From Eledone cirrhosa (taxonomy: Eukaryota), in NCBI GenBank assembly GCA_964016885.1, contig OZ024766.1, positions 6,758,001 to 6,822,000 on the forward strand: a stretch of DNA of 64,000 nt, read 5' to 3'. The notes under the pieces were generated by a model. The model was given only the letters and a program-made list of their open reading frames with translations, ran no database searches and was not told the origin of the DNA. A program made the translations under genes and the position numbers. Below are positions 1-13,769 of the stretch, one piece after another. Each line of letters starts with the position of its first letter. Positions within the stretch are counted from its first letter, which is position 1.

Positions 1-420
1 GTATATATTTATATATATGTATATATTTATATATATGTATATATATTTATATATTATATATATGTATATATATTTATATATATGTATATATATATGTATA
101 TATATTTATTTGTATTTGTCCCCTTCTTTTGTGCCCCTGTGGCTAATAAAGAAATATATGTATGTATGTGTATATATATTTATATATGTATATATTTATA
201 TATGTATTTATATATATGTATATATATATATATATGGATATTCAGATTTATAAATCTATACTTATATATACATACATACATACATTATATGTATATAAAT
301 ACACATTAATGTGTGTATATATATATATATATATATATGGATATTCAGATTTATAAATTTATACATACATATATTTATATATATACACATTGTATATATA
401 TGAATACAAATAGATATATA

Positions 421-458
<38 letters not shown>

Positions 459-474
459 TACATTATGTATGAAT

Positions 475-519
<45 letters not shown>

Positions 520-640
520 CATGCATGTGTATATTGTCACCCCAAAAATATATACCAATATTTTTTATATGGAAATTAAATATATTTCCGCACGAAATAT
601 TTCAAACACACACATATATATACGTGTATATATATATACA
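1..640. repeat. Degenerate (TA)n/(CA)n microsatellite tract
   Basis: Visible dinucleotide repeat; overlapping ORFs are Y/I/M/C read-through. Confidence 0.95.
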
Positions 641-801
641 TACATACATTGTAATCTCAGCATTAACCACCTTCTATTGAAATCCGTACAGGTGTGCCTC
701 ACCTGTAATTAAGCCTCGTATGACGTCAGACCTTTCTATAAAACTCTTTTGGTGGAGTGGTTGGGATGTCTTTATTTGAAATTACTTGCACGCACATGGG
801 G

Positions 802-803
<2 letters not shown>

Positions 804-857
<54 letters not shown>

Positions 858-863
858 TGTATA

Positions 864-902
<39 letters not shown>

Positions 903-992
903 ATGTATATATGTATATATATATGTATGTATATATATATATATATGTATGTATGTATATATATGTATGTATGTATATATATATATATTTAT

Positions 993-1023
<31 letters not shown>

Positions 1024-1025
1024 TG

Positions 1026-1062
<37 letters not shown>

Positions 1063-1068
1063 GTATGT

Positions 1069-1099
<31 letters not shown>

Positions 1100-1181
1100 T
1101 GTATATATATGTATATATATATATATATATGTGTATGTATATATATATATATGTGTATATATATATATATATATATGTATG

Positions 1182-1218
<37 letters not shown>

Positions 1219-1318
1219 GTATGTATATGTATGTATATATATGTATATATATATATATATATGTGTGTATGTATATATGTATATATATATGTATGTATAT
1301 ATGTATATATATATGTAT

Positions 1319-1354
<36 letters not shown>

Positions 1355-1378
1355 GTATATATATATATATATGTGTAT

Positions 1379-1442
<64 letters not shown>

Positions 1443-1533
1443 GTATGTATATATATGTATATATATATATATATATGTGTGTATGTATATATGTATATAT
1501 ATATGTATGTATATATGTATATATATATGTATG

Positions 1534-1570
<37 letters not shown>

Positions 1571-1581
1571 GTATGTATATG

Positions 1582-1618
<37 letters not shown>

Positions 1619-1665
1619 ATGTATATATGTATATATGTGTGTATGTATGTATGTATATATATATG

Positions 1666-1707
<42 letters not shown>
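804..1707. repeat. (TA)n/(TATG)n microsatellite
   Basis: Visible repeat. Confidence 0.97.
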
Positions 1708-1710
<3 letters not shown>

Positions 1711-2755
1711 TCATCATCATCATCATCATCACCGTTTTACATCCGTTCTTCCACGCTAGCATGGGTTAGACGGGTTGTCCTGTTGTTGGCAGTGTCCGGT
1801 CAGCTGACCTTGTCTTGCTCATACAGGAACTGATTTGGCTTGATTTCTACAGCTGGATGCCCTTCCTAACACCAACCTCATTTACAGTGAGTGCTGGGTG
1901 CTTTTTTTACCGTGGCACCTCCACGACTACTTTACAGTGGAATGATAGGGACCCCAGTCCCTATCATCTTATTTGTACAGCTGGATGCCCTTCCTAACAC
2001 CAACCTCATTTACAGTGAGTGCTGGGTGCTTTTTCGTGGCACCTACACGTCCACTTTACAGTGTGGGCTGGGTGCTTTTTTGCTGTGGCACCTCCACGTC
2101 CACTTTACAGTGAGTGCTGGGTGCTTTTTCGTGGCACCTACACGTCCACTTTACAGTGTGGGCTGGGTGCTTTTTTGCCGTGGCACCTCCACGTCCACTT
2201 TACAGTGAGTGCTGGGTGCTTTTTCGTGGCACCTACACGTCCACTTTACAGTGTGGGCTGGGTGCTTTTTTGCCGTGGCACCTCCACGTCCACTTTACAG
2301 TGAGTGCTGGGTGCTTTTTCGTGGCACCTACACGTCCACTTTACAGTGAGTGCTGGGTGCTTTTTCGTGGCACCTACACGTCCACTTTACAGTGTGGGCT
2401 GGGTGCTTTTTTGCTGTGGCACCTCCACGTCCACTTTACAGTGAGTGCCGGGTGCTTTTTCGTGGCACCTACACGTCCACTTTACAGTGTGGGCTGGGTG
2501 CTTTTTTGCCGTGGCACCTCCACGACCACCTTGCGGTGGGACGGTGTGGGGGCATATTGTTTATATGCTTCAGCTTGTACCCATGGGAGGTCGGGTACTC
2601 TGTATTACTGCGTAACGCCCGAGGTCACGGCCGTGTGTCATCGCTTTTGAGAGGTGTAATTGGGTAAGGTTGGCTTTTATCACCTCATCCCAGGTCATCT
2701 TGGGTCTCCCCACTCTGCGGTTTTCATCGACTTCTAGTGCTCTGCACCTTTTTAT
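1708..2755 (-). mobile_element. 5'-truncated RTE-type LINE 3' end (ORF C-terminus, 3' UTR, (TGA)n tail) with internal minisatellite
   Basis: Minus-strand peptide KRCRALEVDENRRVGRPKMTWDEVIKANLTQLHLSKAMTHGRDLGRYAV aligns by eye with the C-terminus of the RT ORF at 4398..6107 (KCRAIKIDGSHGIGRPRKTWDELINSDITHLHLSKTMSLDRDLWRYSV); (CAT)n at 1708-1730. Confidence 0.85.
2008..2525. repeat. Minisatellite of alternating ~46/49-bp units (~95-bp dimer) inside the LINE 3' UTR
   Basis: Repeated tttacagtg(a/t)g..ctgggtgctttt..cgtggcacct.cacgtccac. Confidence 0.9.
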
Positions 2756-2924
2756 GCATATATATATATATATACAAGGGTTAAAATACTGGAGCATGTT
2801 GGAGTTAAACACCCTCTTCGTATTATAGAAATGACAGTAAAAGGTATAGCTCAATGTAGTTAAACAGAGCCGAAAAATTAAGAGAGTAAAACAAAGAAGC
2901 CTTCAATACATCAAAAGTCTTTAT

Positions 2925-2966
2925 TAGCCGCCAATGTTTCGTCCTATTAAGGACTCATCAGGGCAA
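2925..2966 (-). ncRNA. Type I minimal hammerhead ribozyme motif, cleavage triplet apparently mutated
   Basis: Minus strand gcc-CTGATGA-GTCC-ttaata-GGAC-GAAAC-att-GGC-ggc-taataaa: canonical core, perfect stem II, short stem I; GGC where NUH is expected. Confidence 0.65.
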
Positions 2967-3317
2967 TTAAAACAAGAAGTAGTAGTATCGGCAGATACAA
3001 GCCGGAAGCTCCGAAGAATATGGAGTGTACATACACTAAAGTATATATATACTTACATATATACTTACACATATATATATATACATACATACATACACAC
3101 CACACTTTAGTATAAAATTATCTACCTGATTACCTTAGCTGTCTTAGATGATACATCAATGTAACCTGGAATTCCACAGTCTAGACACACCTGTGAAACA
3201 AATCTGTGCCTGTATATATATGTGTGTATGTGTATGTATGTGTATATGTGTGTGTATGTATATATATGTGTGTGTGTATATATGTGTGTGTGTATATATG
3301 TATATATATATATGTAT

Positions 3318-3926
3318 GTCAGGTCACCAGTTGGTGCTACTGGTAACATGTATCCCAGTACAACCTGTCTCATGGTCGGGTCGTTGGCGACTAAACTGGC
3401 AACCCCACCTAGGTTTCTTGGTGAGGAGGGTGACTTTGGACATCCTGTAGGACTAAAAACAAAACCTGTCAAAGGGCAAAGGACCTCTTAAGAGTCAATG
3501 GCCATCCAAAATCACCGGGAGAGATGACCCCTTAGCCTTTGTCAAGGCAGAATTCTAGGAGAAGGAAAACTCTGATATAACACCTGCAACCCTGATGGTA
3601 TCCAATGATGTTGACTTGTTCTTCTTTTTGGTAAATATCATCTCGGTTAAGAGAGTGGGACTGGCTTTGTGCAGTGCCTTTGCTGACTATAAAAGCTTCA
3701 CGCACAGGCATTGCTTTATATCTGGAGATCTCTCTGCACTTGTCGTCACATGGTACCATGGGCCCAGCACTGTGTGTCAATAATTGTCACAAGTGTAGTG
3801 TTTGTACCAGAGTTTTCAAGTCGCTGGCTGGACTAAAAAGTCACACTCGTTTCAGCGCATCGGTAGGGGTTCTCCTACATGGATATAGAGTAGTGGCCGT
3901 ACTCGAAAACAAGTTGGCAGCCACCA
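3318..3926 (+). mobile_element. Non-autonomous bipartite RTE-derived element (SINE-like), copy 1
   Basis: ~610 bp near-identical to 23971..24608 and 42785..43384; 3' part encodes a [19 protein letters not shown] relic like the C-terminal C2H2 motif of RTE/BovB ORFs; flanked by (TA)n. Confidence 0.75.
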
Positions 3927-3982
3927 TATATATATAATGTATATGTATGTATATATATGTATGTAATATATGTATATATAAA

Positions 3983-6501
3983 ACCTGCTGTTGGCGACAG
4001 ACGAGGTCTGTGGCTGGAGCAGGCCTGTAGGCAGGAGGAGAGTAACATGGTGGTGGAACAGTAAGGTGGAGGGGTCAATTAAGGCCAAAAAGCAGGCTTG
4101 GAAAGTATGGCGGGATGGGGGAAGTAGAGAGGACTATCAAGTGGCCAGGAGGGAAGCTAGGAGACAAGTGTACTTAGCAAGAAGGGAAGCTGAGGAAAGA
4201 AAGTTCAAGCATGTTCTACAACGCGATGACCAAAAACGTGAGGTGTTCAGGATTGCTAGGCAATGCGTCAAGGAAAACCGTGATATTGTCGGGGAGAAGT
4301 GTGTACTAAACGACGATGGCACACTTGCCATCACCGACGCTGATAAGAAGGTAGCTTGGAAGTGTCACTATGAAAGGCTTCTAAATGAGGAGAATAATTG
4401 GGAGAAAGGCAGTCTCCCCATATCGACCCAATAGAGGGACCAGCAGTGTTAGTCGAGGGGAGTATAATAAGTAAGGCAATCAAGGATATGAAGACTGGTA
4501 AGGCGGCTGGGCCTTCGGAAATAGTTGCTGAGATGCTGAAGGCATCTGGCACGGTGGGACACACCATGGTCACCCGCATAGTTAACCAAGTCGTACAAAA
4601 CGGGGTTGTTCCGAAGGACTGGCATAGCAGCATCATCGTTAACTGTTATAAGGGTAAAGGAGACGCCCTAGATAGGAGTAACTATAGAGGCATTAAATTA
4701 ATCGACCAGGTCATGAAGGTCACGGAAAGAGTAATAGCGCAGCTAATCAGAGAGAGAATTGACCTAGATGAAATGCAGTTCGGGTTTGTGTCAGGCAAAA
4801 GTACCACAGACGCTCTTTTCATAGTACGACAACTACAAGAGAAGTACCTAGCTAAAGGTAAACCCCTCTACTTAGCTTTTGTCGACTTGGAGAAAGCCTT
4901 CGACAGAGTCCCCCGCTCCATTATCTGGTGGGCTCTTAGAAAACTAGGCGTTGACGAATGGCTTGTGAGGGCTATACAAGCCATGTATAAAGAAACAGTC
5001 AGCAAGGTTAGAATTAACAACGAATATAGTGAAGAGTTTAGCGTAAAAGTCGGCGTCCATCAGGGCTCTGTTCTCAGTCCACTACTATTTATTATTGCCC
5101 TTCAGGCCATAACAGAGGAGTTCAAGACAGGCTGCCCATGGGAACTCCTATACGCAGACGACCTGACACTCATAGCGGAATCAATGGCCGAGCTAGAGAA
5201 GAAATTCCAAACATGGAAGCACGGCCTAGAGTCAAAAGGACTTAAAATTAACCTGGCTAAGACCAAAGTACTAGTTTGTAGGAAAGAAAACAAGGCGGCG
5301 GTCCCTTCTGGGAAATGGTCGTGCTCGGTGTGTAGGAAAGGCGTAGGTAGAAACTCCATTTTATGTCCTAAATGCAAAGTATGGGTGCATAAAAGATGTA
5401 GTGGGATCACAGGTAGGCTAACTAAGAACATAGATTTTACATGTGGCCGGTGCTCTGGTGCAATAAGTAGCAGCAAGTGCCCACAAACTACTAGCTCTTT
5501 CAATTGCGCAGAGGGTTCTATAGAAATAGTGGACAGCTTCCGTTACCTGGGCGATAAAATCAGCAGTGGGGGAGGGTGCTCTGAAAGTACTGTAGCTAGA
5601 GTCAGAACTGGTTGGAAAAAGTTCAGAGAGCTTATACCACTATTAGCTGCTAAAGGGTTCTCACTAAAAATGAAAGGCAGGTTGTACGATGCCTGCATAC
5701 GAACAGCAATGCTGCATGGCAGTGAGACCTGGGCATTGTGTGCAGAGGATATACGCAGACTAGAGAGGAACGAAGCTTGCATGCTCCGCTGGATGTGTAA
5801 CAGTAATATACGTGAACGGCAAAGCATAAACGAACTAAGGAATAAATTAGAGATAAGAGGGATCAGATGTTGTTTACTCGAGAGAAGGCTACGTTGGTAT
5901 GGACACGTGATGCGCATGAAAGTCGATAGCTGTATAACAAAGTGCAGGGCAATAAAGATAGACGGTAGTCACGGAATAGGCAGACCTAGAAAAACCTGGG
6001 ACGAGCTGATAAACTCCGACATCACACACTTACACCTCTCCAAGACAATGTCACTGGACCGAGACCTTTGGCGGTACTCAGTAACAGAGAAGACCCGCCT
6101 TACCTAAATATATAGTAAAACCTACTCCAGCCAGTAGGCATCTCTAACAAATACACCCCGTCCCACCACCCCCACCCGATCCACACCCCCCCGTTCTATG
6201 TAAAGTTATGTTGGTGCCGCGCCATCGAGGCCGAAACAAATGAGATCGTGTAGGTGTCACGACAAAAAAACACACAGTCCACGCTGTAATGTGGCCGTGT
6301 AGGCAACACGGTAAAAACCTCCCAGACCCACACTGTAAATGTGGTTGGTGTTAGGAAGGGCATCCAACTGTAGAAAACCTGCCAGACAGTCCTATGCGAG
6401 CAAGACAATCACTCTTGCCTCAAGTGGGACTACCCCCGTCCAAACCCATGCAAGCGTGGAACACGGACGTTAAACGCTGATGATGATGATGATGATGATG
6501 A
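3983..6501 (+). mobile_element. 5'-truncated RTE-clade non-LTR retrotransposon
   Basis: Two ORF pieces (3991..4434, 4398..6107) joined by a frameshift; RT motifs; 3' UTR ending in (TGA)n at ~6478-6501; no endonuclease domain in view. Confidence 0.93.
4398..6107 (+). pseudogene. Reverse transcriptase ORF of the RTE LINE (truncated, frameshifted upstream), with internal Cys-rich finger
   Basis: KAAGPS, NYRGIKL, QFGF, FVDLEKAFDRV, GVHQGSVLSPLLF, LYADDL, FRYLG, RRLRWYGHV, GRPRKTW motifs. Confidence 0.92.
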
Positions 6502-6649
6502 TATGTATGTAAAGATTTTAACTGGTGTGTATGTGTATGTACGTGTTTGTGTGTGTATATGTATGGATGTATGTATGTATGTATGCGTGTGTTTGTGTCC
6601 ATCCGTCTGAGGATACATACTCTCTCTCGACGGACACAAACACACACAC

Positions 6650-7803
<1,154 letters not shown>

Positions 7804-8021
7804 GAAACAAATGTAATCAAATAAATGATTTAAACTGAACTTTGATTATTGTAATCTCTATATAACTGCTCTGTAAAACAACTGATGTTATTACATTGAA
7901 CTATTTATCTTACTGGTAATAAGATAGTAATTAATGACTATCTTTCACTATTTAAGGTTTTATTACATACATAACCATAAATAGTATCCTTAATACTATA
8001 TATATATATACATATATATAT

Positions 8022-8056
<35 letters not shown>

Positions 8057-8216
8057 CTCTCTCCATGTCCTGGATCAAATTAAAAAGTACTACTAAATAT
8101 AACTTACACCGTACATATACGGAAGTAAAAGGCAAATTACCTCATTTAGTTTAACTACCGAATATTTTACTATAAATTCACATTTCTTAATTAAATTTTT
8201 AATTATCTACACAAAA

Positions 8217-9185
8217 ATGAGGGCTGAATACGTGGATTACATTTCTAAAGAGGATTTTATAAAAATTCGCGTGGATTTTATTAAATATATGGATGATCTG
8301 CCAAGATTTTTTGATTATGCTTTATCAACAAAGTTATTATTGCAAAGCCATGTAAATGAAATTAACTCTCATAGAAATCCTGACAAGAAAAATAGAATAT
8401 TATTTGACTATATACACAGGAAACTACCCGATTGTTCTGACAAATTTATAGAGGTTCTGACAAAATCAGAAAATAATGTAATACTTGAGATGTTTCCGAA
8501 TCCGTCGGAGTATAAGATAACTTCTTCTCCACGTGGTTATTTGCTTCTAATAAATAATTTAGAGTTTAAATGTTCGACAAAAAAATATATGAAGAGAATA
8601 GGAAGCGAAATCGATGTGAAAATAATCTGTGAAGTTTTCGAAAATTTCAATTTCGAAATCAAACCTTATGAAAATAAAACTGCTGAAGAGATGAAGATTA
8701 TAATTAGTAATAATGTGAACGAAGATTGTGTTACATCTAAAGATTGTTTTGTCATGGTGTTAATGTCCCACGGTGAATTAGGCAATATTATTGGAGTTGA
8801 TGGTCAAAAATTACCGTTTTCAGATATTGACAAAATTTTACTAAACAGTAAATTGTTGACCAAACCGAAACTTATTTACATCAACACTTGTCAACCTGAT
8901 ATAAGCAAATTGGAAAAGACTGAGTATTTCAAGGTACCAGATGCCTATATCCATTTTGCAACTGTTGGTGATAGTTACGCATATAGAAGAGCCGATAAAG
9001 GAAGTTATTTCATTCAAGGATTAACAAAGGTGTATGATAAAGAAAGAGAAAGATGTGATATTTTATCTTTAGCGCCTGCAGTTAACAGGGAAGTTGATAA
9101 GATAATTAAAGAAAAAAATGACCAAGTCCAACAAACACCCAGTTATTATTCCACCCTGAAAAGACATGTGATTCTTCGTGCTTGA
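8217..9185 (+). CDS. Single-ORF CARD-containing caspase-like protease (peptidase C14A), 322 aa
   Basis: N-terminal ~90 aa with CARD-like helix pattern; p20 motifs PRGYLLLINN, RIGSEID, CFVMVLMSHG, KPKLIYINTCQ; p10 motifs AYRRADKGSYFIQ, QTPSYYSTLKR; intact ATG-to-TGA ORF. Confidence 0.9.
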   Translation: MRAEYVDYISKEDFIKIRVDFIKYMDDLPRFFDYALSTKLLLQSHVNEINSHRNPDKKNRILFDYIHRKLPDCSDKFIEVLTKSENNVILEMFPNPSEYKITSSPRGYLLLINNLEFKCSTKKYMKRIGSEIDVKIICEVFENFNFEIKPYENKTAEEMKIIISNNVNEDCVTSKDCFVMVLMSHGELGNIIGVDGQKLPFSDIDKILLNSKLLTKPKLIYINTCQPDISKLEKTEYFKVPDAYIHFATVGDSYAYRRADKGSYFIQGLTKVYDKERERCDILSLAPAVNREVDKIIKEKNDQVQQTPSYYSTLKRHVILRA

Positions 9186-9284
9186 CCTCTCATTAATTAA
9201 TTAATTAATTAATGATCTGAATTAAAATCTCGCAGAGATTCACGAAACCAGTTAAAAACTCTGGCCGATATATTTCACTTTCCC

Positions 9285-9411
9285 TTCTGTCGAAACGGCC
9301 GGAGCACAGCCATAAGGGGTCCTACTCGTTCCCTTTGCCCACTCTACTACCCTAAGTATTGAGTACTCTGGTGTGTTATGGTCCACCTGGTATCTTACCA
9401 GACCTTCTTTG

Positions 9412-9413
<2 letters not shown>
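9285..9413 (+). mobile_element. Short interspersed repeat, probable Penelope-like terminal fragment with 3' half of a hammerhead
   Basis: Similar to 63684..63822 (+) and 38851..39028 (-); begins tcGAAAC-stem; abuts (TA)n. Confidence 0.55.
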
Positions 9414-9473
<60 letters not shown>

Positions 9474-9697
9474 GCCTTATTGATTGTATTGACTCTTGTA
9501 TTATATACCCTTAACTTTTCCTGATCTCCAATCCTATGATATATTATGTCTATCCTATATTACATTTTTTCTTGCTTGTAACTTTTTACACTTTTCACCA
9601 TTGGTCCTTGTAATTGTGTTCTCTGAAGCATAACATTTAACTCTTGATTCTCTATATGATGTCAATGACACTAACAATACTTGTGTATCTACCTAAA

Positions 9698-9781
9698 TGT
9701 TCTGAAGACTAGGATTTTAATCAGCTGCTTAGACATTCCCGATGGACCCAGCCATCCCTCTGGAGGAAACAATTGTCAGCA
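9698..9781 (+). ncRNA. Candidate type I hammerhead with extended stem II
   Basis: tgtt-CTGAAGA-(~57 nt including a gatgg/ccatc hairpin)-GAA-ACAATTGT-C-agca-aataaa; palindromic stem III, GTC site, 4-bp stem I; stem II pairing weak. Confidence 0.45.
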
Positions 9782-9815
9782 AATAAATGTATTAAACTAA
9801 GGTTTGATTCTTATA

Positions 9816-10500
9816 TCATCATCATCATCATCATCAACGTTTAACGTCCGTGTTCCACGCTTGCATGGGTTTGGACGGGCGTAGTCCCACTTGAGGCAAG
9901 AGTGATTGTCTTGCTCGCATGGGACTGTCTGGCAGGTTTTCTACAGTTGGATGCCCTTCCTAACACCAACCACATTTACAGTGTGGACTGGGAGGTTTTT
10001 ACCGTGTTGCCTACACGGCCACATTACAGCGTGGACTGTCTGGCGGGTTTTCTACAGCTGGATGCCCTTCCTAACACCAACCACATTTACAGTGTGGACT
10101 GGGAGGTTTTTACCGTGTTGCCTACACGGCCACATTACAGCGTGGACTGTCTGGCGGGTTTTCTACAGCTGGATGCCCTTCCTAACACCAACCACATTTA
10201 CAGTGTGGGGCTGGGAGGTTTTTACCGTGTTACCTACACGGCCACATTACAGCGTGGACTGTCTGGCGGGTTTTCTACAGCTGGGTGCCCTTCCTAACAC
10301 CAACCACATTTACAGTGTGGACTGGGAGGTTTTTACCGTGTTACCTACACGGCCACATTACAGCGTGGACTGTGTGTTTTTTTGTCGTGACACCTACACG
10401 ATCTCATTTGTTTCGGCCTGGATGCATAGAACGGGGTGGGGTGGGGTGCATTTTGTTAGAGATGCCTACTGGTTGTAGTAGGTTTTACTATGTATTTAGG

Positions 10501-10502
<2 letters not shown>
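9816..10502 (-). mobile_element. RTE LINE 3' UTR copy (same family as 6102..6501) with ~111-bp unit repeated ~4 times
   Basis: Reverse complement matches 6102-6501; (CAT)n tail at 9816-9835; units start at ~9922, 10033, 10144, 10256. Confidence 0.88.
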
Positions 10503-10532
<30 letters not shown>

Positions 10533-10729
10533 GGGTTAATAAGGCTTTTTTAATTAATTAACCGTTTCCCTGATGACGGAAGCATATCTCTTGTACGTCG
10601 ATTAAGGCAAGTTTTATCTGATGTGACTTGTAAAAGGGAAAACTTGATGTTAGGAAACCTTGTGGGAGATCAAGGATCTAATTGCTGGAAGATAAGGTGT
10701 ACATGGTTGGATGTTTGTAGGGAGGGGGG

Positions 10730-12949
10730 TGTATATATATATATACGTGTGTGTGTGTATATATTTATATATGTTTGTGTGTGTATATATATACACGTGT
10801 GTGTGTGTGTATATATATGTTTGTGAATATATATATATGTTTGTGTGTATATATATGTTTGTGAATATATATATATATGTTTGTGTGTATATATATGTTT
10901 GTGAATATATATATATATGTTTGTGAATATATATATATATGTTTGTGAATATATATATATATGTTTGTGTGTATATATATGTTTGTGAATATATATATAT
11001 ATGTTTGTGTGTATATATATGTTTGTGAATATATATATATATGTTTGTGTGTATATATATGTTTGTGAATATATATATATATGTTTGTGTGTATATATAT
11101 GTTTGTGAATATATATATATATGTTTGTGAATATATATGTTTGTGTGTATATATATGTTTGTGAATATATATATATATGTTTGTGTGTATATATATGTTT
11201 GTGAATATATATATATATATGTTTGTGTGTATATATATGTTTGTGAATATATATATATATGTTTGTGTATATATATATGTTTGTGAATATATATATATAT
11301 GTTTGTGAATATATATATATATGTTTGTGTGTATATATATATATATGTTTGTGTGTATATATATGTTTGTGAATATATATATATATGTTTGTGAATATAT
11401 ATATATATGTTTGTGAATATATATATATATGTTTGTGTGTATATATGTTTGTTTGTGTATATATATACGTGTGTGAATATATATATATATGTTTGTGAAT
11501 ATATATATATATATATGTTTGTGAATATATATATATATATATATGTTTGTGTGTATATATATGTTTGTGAATATATATATATATGTTTGTGAATATATAT
11601 ATATATGTTTGTGTGTATATATATATTTGTGAATATATATATATATGTTTGTGAATATATATATATATGTTTGTGTGTATATATATATATATATATGTTT
11701 GTGTATATATATACGTGTGTGTCTGTGTATATATATATATATATATATGTTTGTGTGTATATATATGTTTGTGAATATATATATATATGTTTGTGAATAT
11801 ATATATGTTTGTGTGTATATATGTTTGTTTGTGTATATATATACGTGTGTGAATATATATATATATGTTTGTGAATATATATATATATATATGTTTGTGA
11901 ATATATATATATATATATGTTTGTGAATATATATATATATGTTTGTGAATATATATATATATATGTTTGTGAATATATATATATATATGTTTGTGTGTAT
12001 ATATATGTTTGTGAATATATATATATATGTTTGTGAATATATATATATATGTTTGTGAATATATATATATATGTTTGTGTGTATATATATATTTGTGAAT
12101 ATATATATATATGTTTGTGAATATATATATATATGTTTGTGTGTATATATATATATATATATATGTTTGTGTATATATATACGTGTGTGTCTGTGTATAT
12201 ATATATATATATATATGTTTGTGTGTATATATATGTTTGTGAATATATATATATATGTTTGTGAATATATATATATATATGTTTGTGAATATATATATAT
12301 ATATGTTTGTGTGTATATATATGTTTGTGAATATATATATATATGTTTGTGAATATATATATATATGTTTGTGTGTATATATATATTTGTGAATATATAT
12401 ATATATGTTTGTGAATATATATATATGTTTGTGTGTATATATATATATATATGTTTGTGTATATATATACGTGTGTGTCTGTGTATATATATATATATAT
12501 ATATGTTTGTGTGTATATATATGTTTGTGAATATATATATATATGTTTGTGAATATATATATATATGTTTGTGTGTATATATGTTTGTTTGTGTATATAT
12601 ATACGTGTGTGAATATATATATATATGTTTGTGAATATATATATATATATATGTTTGTGAATATATATATATATATATATGTTTGTGAATATATATATAT
12701 ATGTTTGTGAATATATATATATATATGTTTGTGAATATATATATATATATGTTTGTGAATATATATATATATATGTTTGTGTGTATATATATGTTTGTGA
12801 ATATATATATATATGTTTGTGAATATATATATATATGTTTGTGTGTATATATATATTTGTGAATATATATATATATGTTTGTGAATATATATATATATGT
12901 TTGTGTATATATATATATATATATGTTTGTGTATATATATACGTGTGTG

Positions 12950-12987
<38 letters not shown>

Positions 12988-13319
12988 GGGGGGGGGTTGT
13001 ATATATATACGTCTGTATGTGTGTGTATATATGTGTTTGTGTTTATGTATATATATATATATATATGGGGGTGTTGTATATATATATGTTTGTGTGTATA
13101 TATATGTTTGTGTTTGTATATATATATATGTTTGTGTATGTGTGTGTATATATATATGTTTGTGTGTGTGTATATATATATGTTTGTGTGTGTATATATA
13201 TATAATATATATATGTTTGTGTGTGTATATATATATAATATATATATGTTTGTGTGTGTATATATATATAATATATATATGTTTGTGTGTGTATATATAT
13301 GTATATATGTTTGTGTGTG

Positions 13320-13369
<50 letters not shown>

Positions 13370-13400
13370 CACACACGTGTGTGTGTGTATATATATATAT
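10730..13400. repeat. Compound mini/microsatellite (GTTTGTGAA(TA)n / GTTTGTGTG(TA)n)
   Basis: Visible ~18-22-bp variable units with higher-order recurrences. Confidence 0.95.
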
Positions 13401-13462
13401 AGAGAGAGAGAGAATAAGGAAAAGCTAAGTAGTTTCAGATGTTCAAGTCCTTTTATAATAAC

Positions 13463-13632
13463 TTTTTCCACGTTAGGCACAAGGCCAGCAATTACCCAGT
13501 ACATTACTGGTACTTTATTTTATCGAGCCCGTAAGGATGAAAGGCAAAGTCAACCTCGGCGGGATATGAACTCAGATCGTAAAGGGACATAACTCTATGC
13601 TTCAAAGCATGGCGTCCGACCCTCTGCCAATC
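13463..13632 (-). mobile_element. tRNA-derived SINE, family B
   Basis: Minus strand: B-box-like GAGTTCATATCC followed by GTTGACTTTGCCTTTCATCC..TCGATAAAATAAAGTACCAG; other copies at 32920, 51578, 61250. Confidence 0.8.
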
Positions 13633-13651
13633 CACATATATTAATAATAAT

Positions 13652-13718
13652 GCTGTGATATATATTGCAATGACGACACTGGCCAGACTGTGCGAGTGTC
13701 ACGACATCGTCAGACAGC
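13652..13718 (-). ncRNA. Type I hammerhead motif with one core mutation
   Basis: gctgt-CTGACGA-tgtcgtgacact..agtgtcgtcatt-GCA-ATATATAT-C-acagc: 5-bp stem I, long stem II, ATC site, GCAA instead of GAAA. Confidence 0.6.
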
Positions 13719-13769
13719 TTGTAACTGACTAAGCGAATTTCGTTGAAATCTGCGGTAGCTAATGGTCAA

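Noticed and set aside
3318-3440. Definite twister or HDV-like ribozyme call in the bipartite element
   Set aside because: Only partial resemblance (TCCCAG loop, GAGGAGGG, CTAA before a paired segment); the required helices could not be placed, so it is kept only as a hypothesis.
10565-10610. CTGATGA motif as a hammerhead
   Set aside because: No downstream GAAA or stem III; at most a 5' half.
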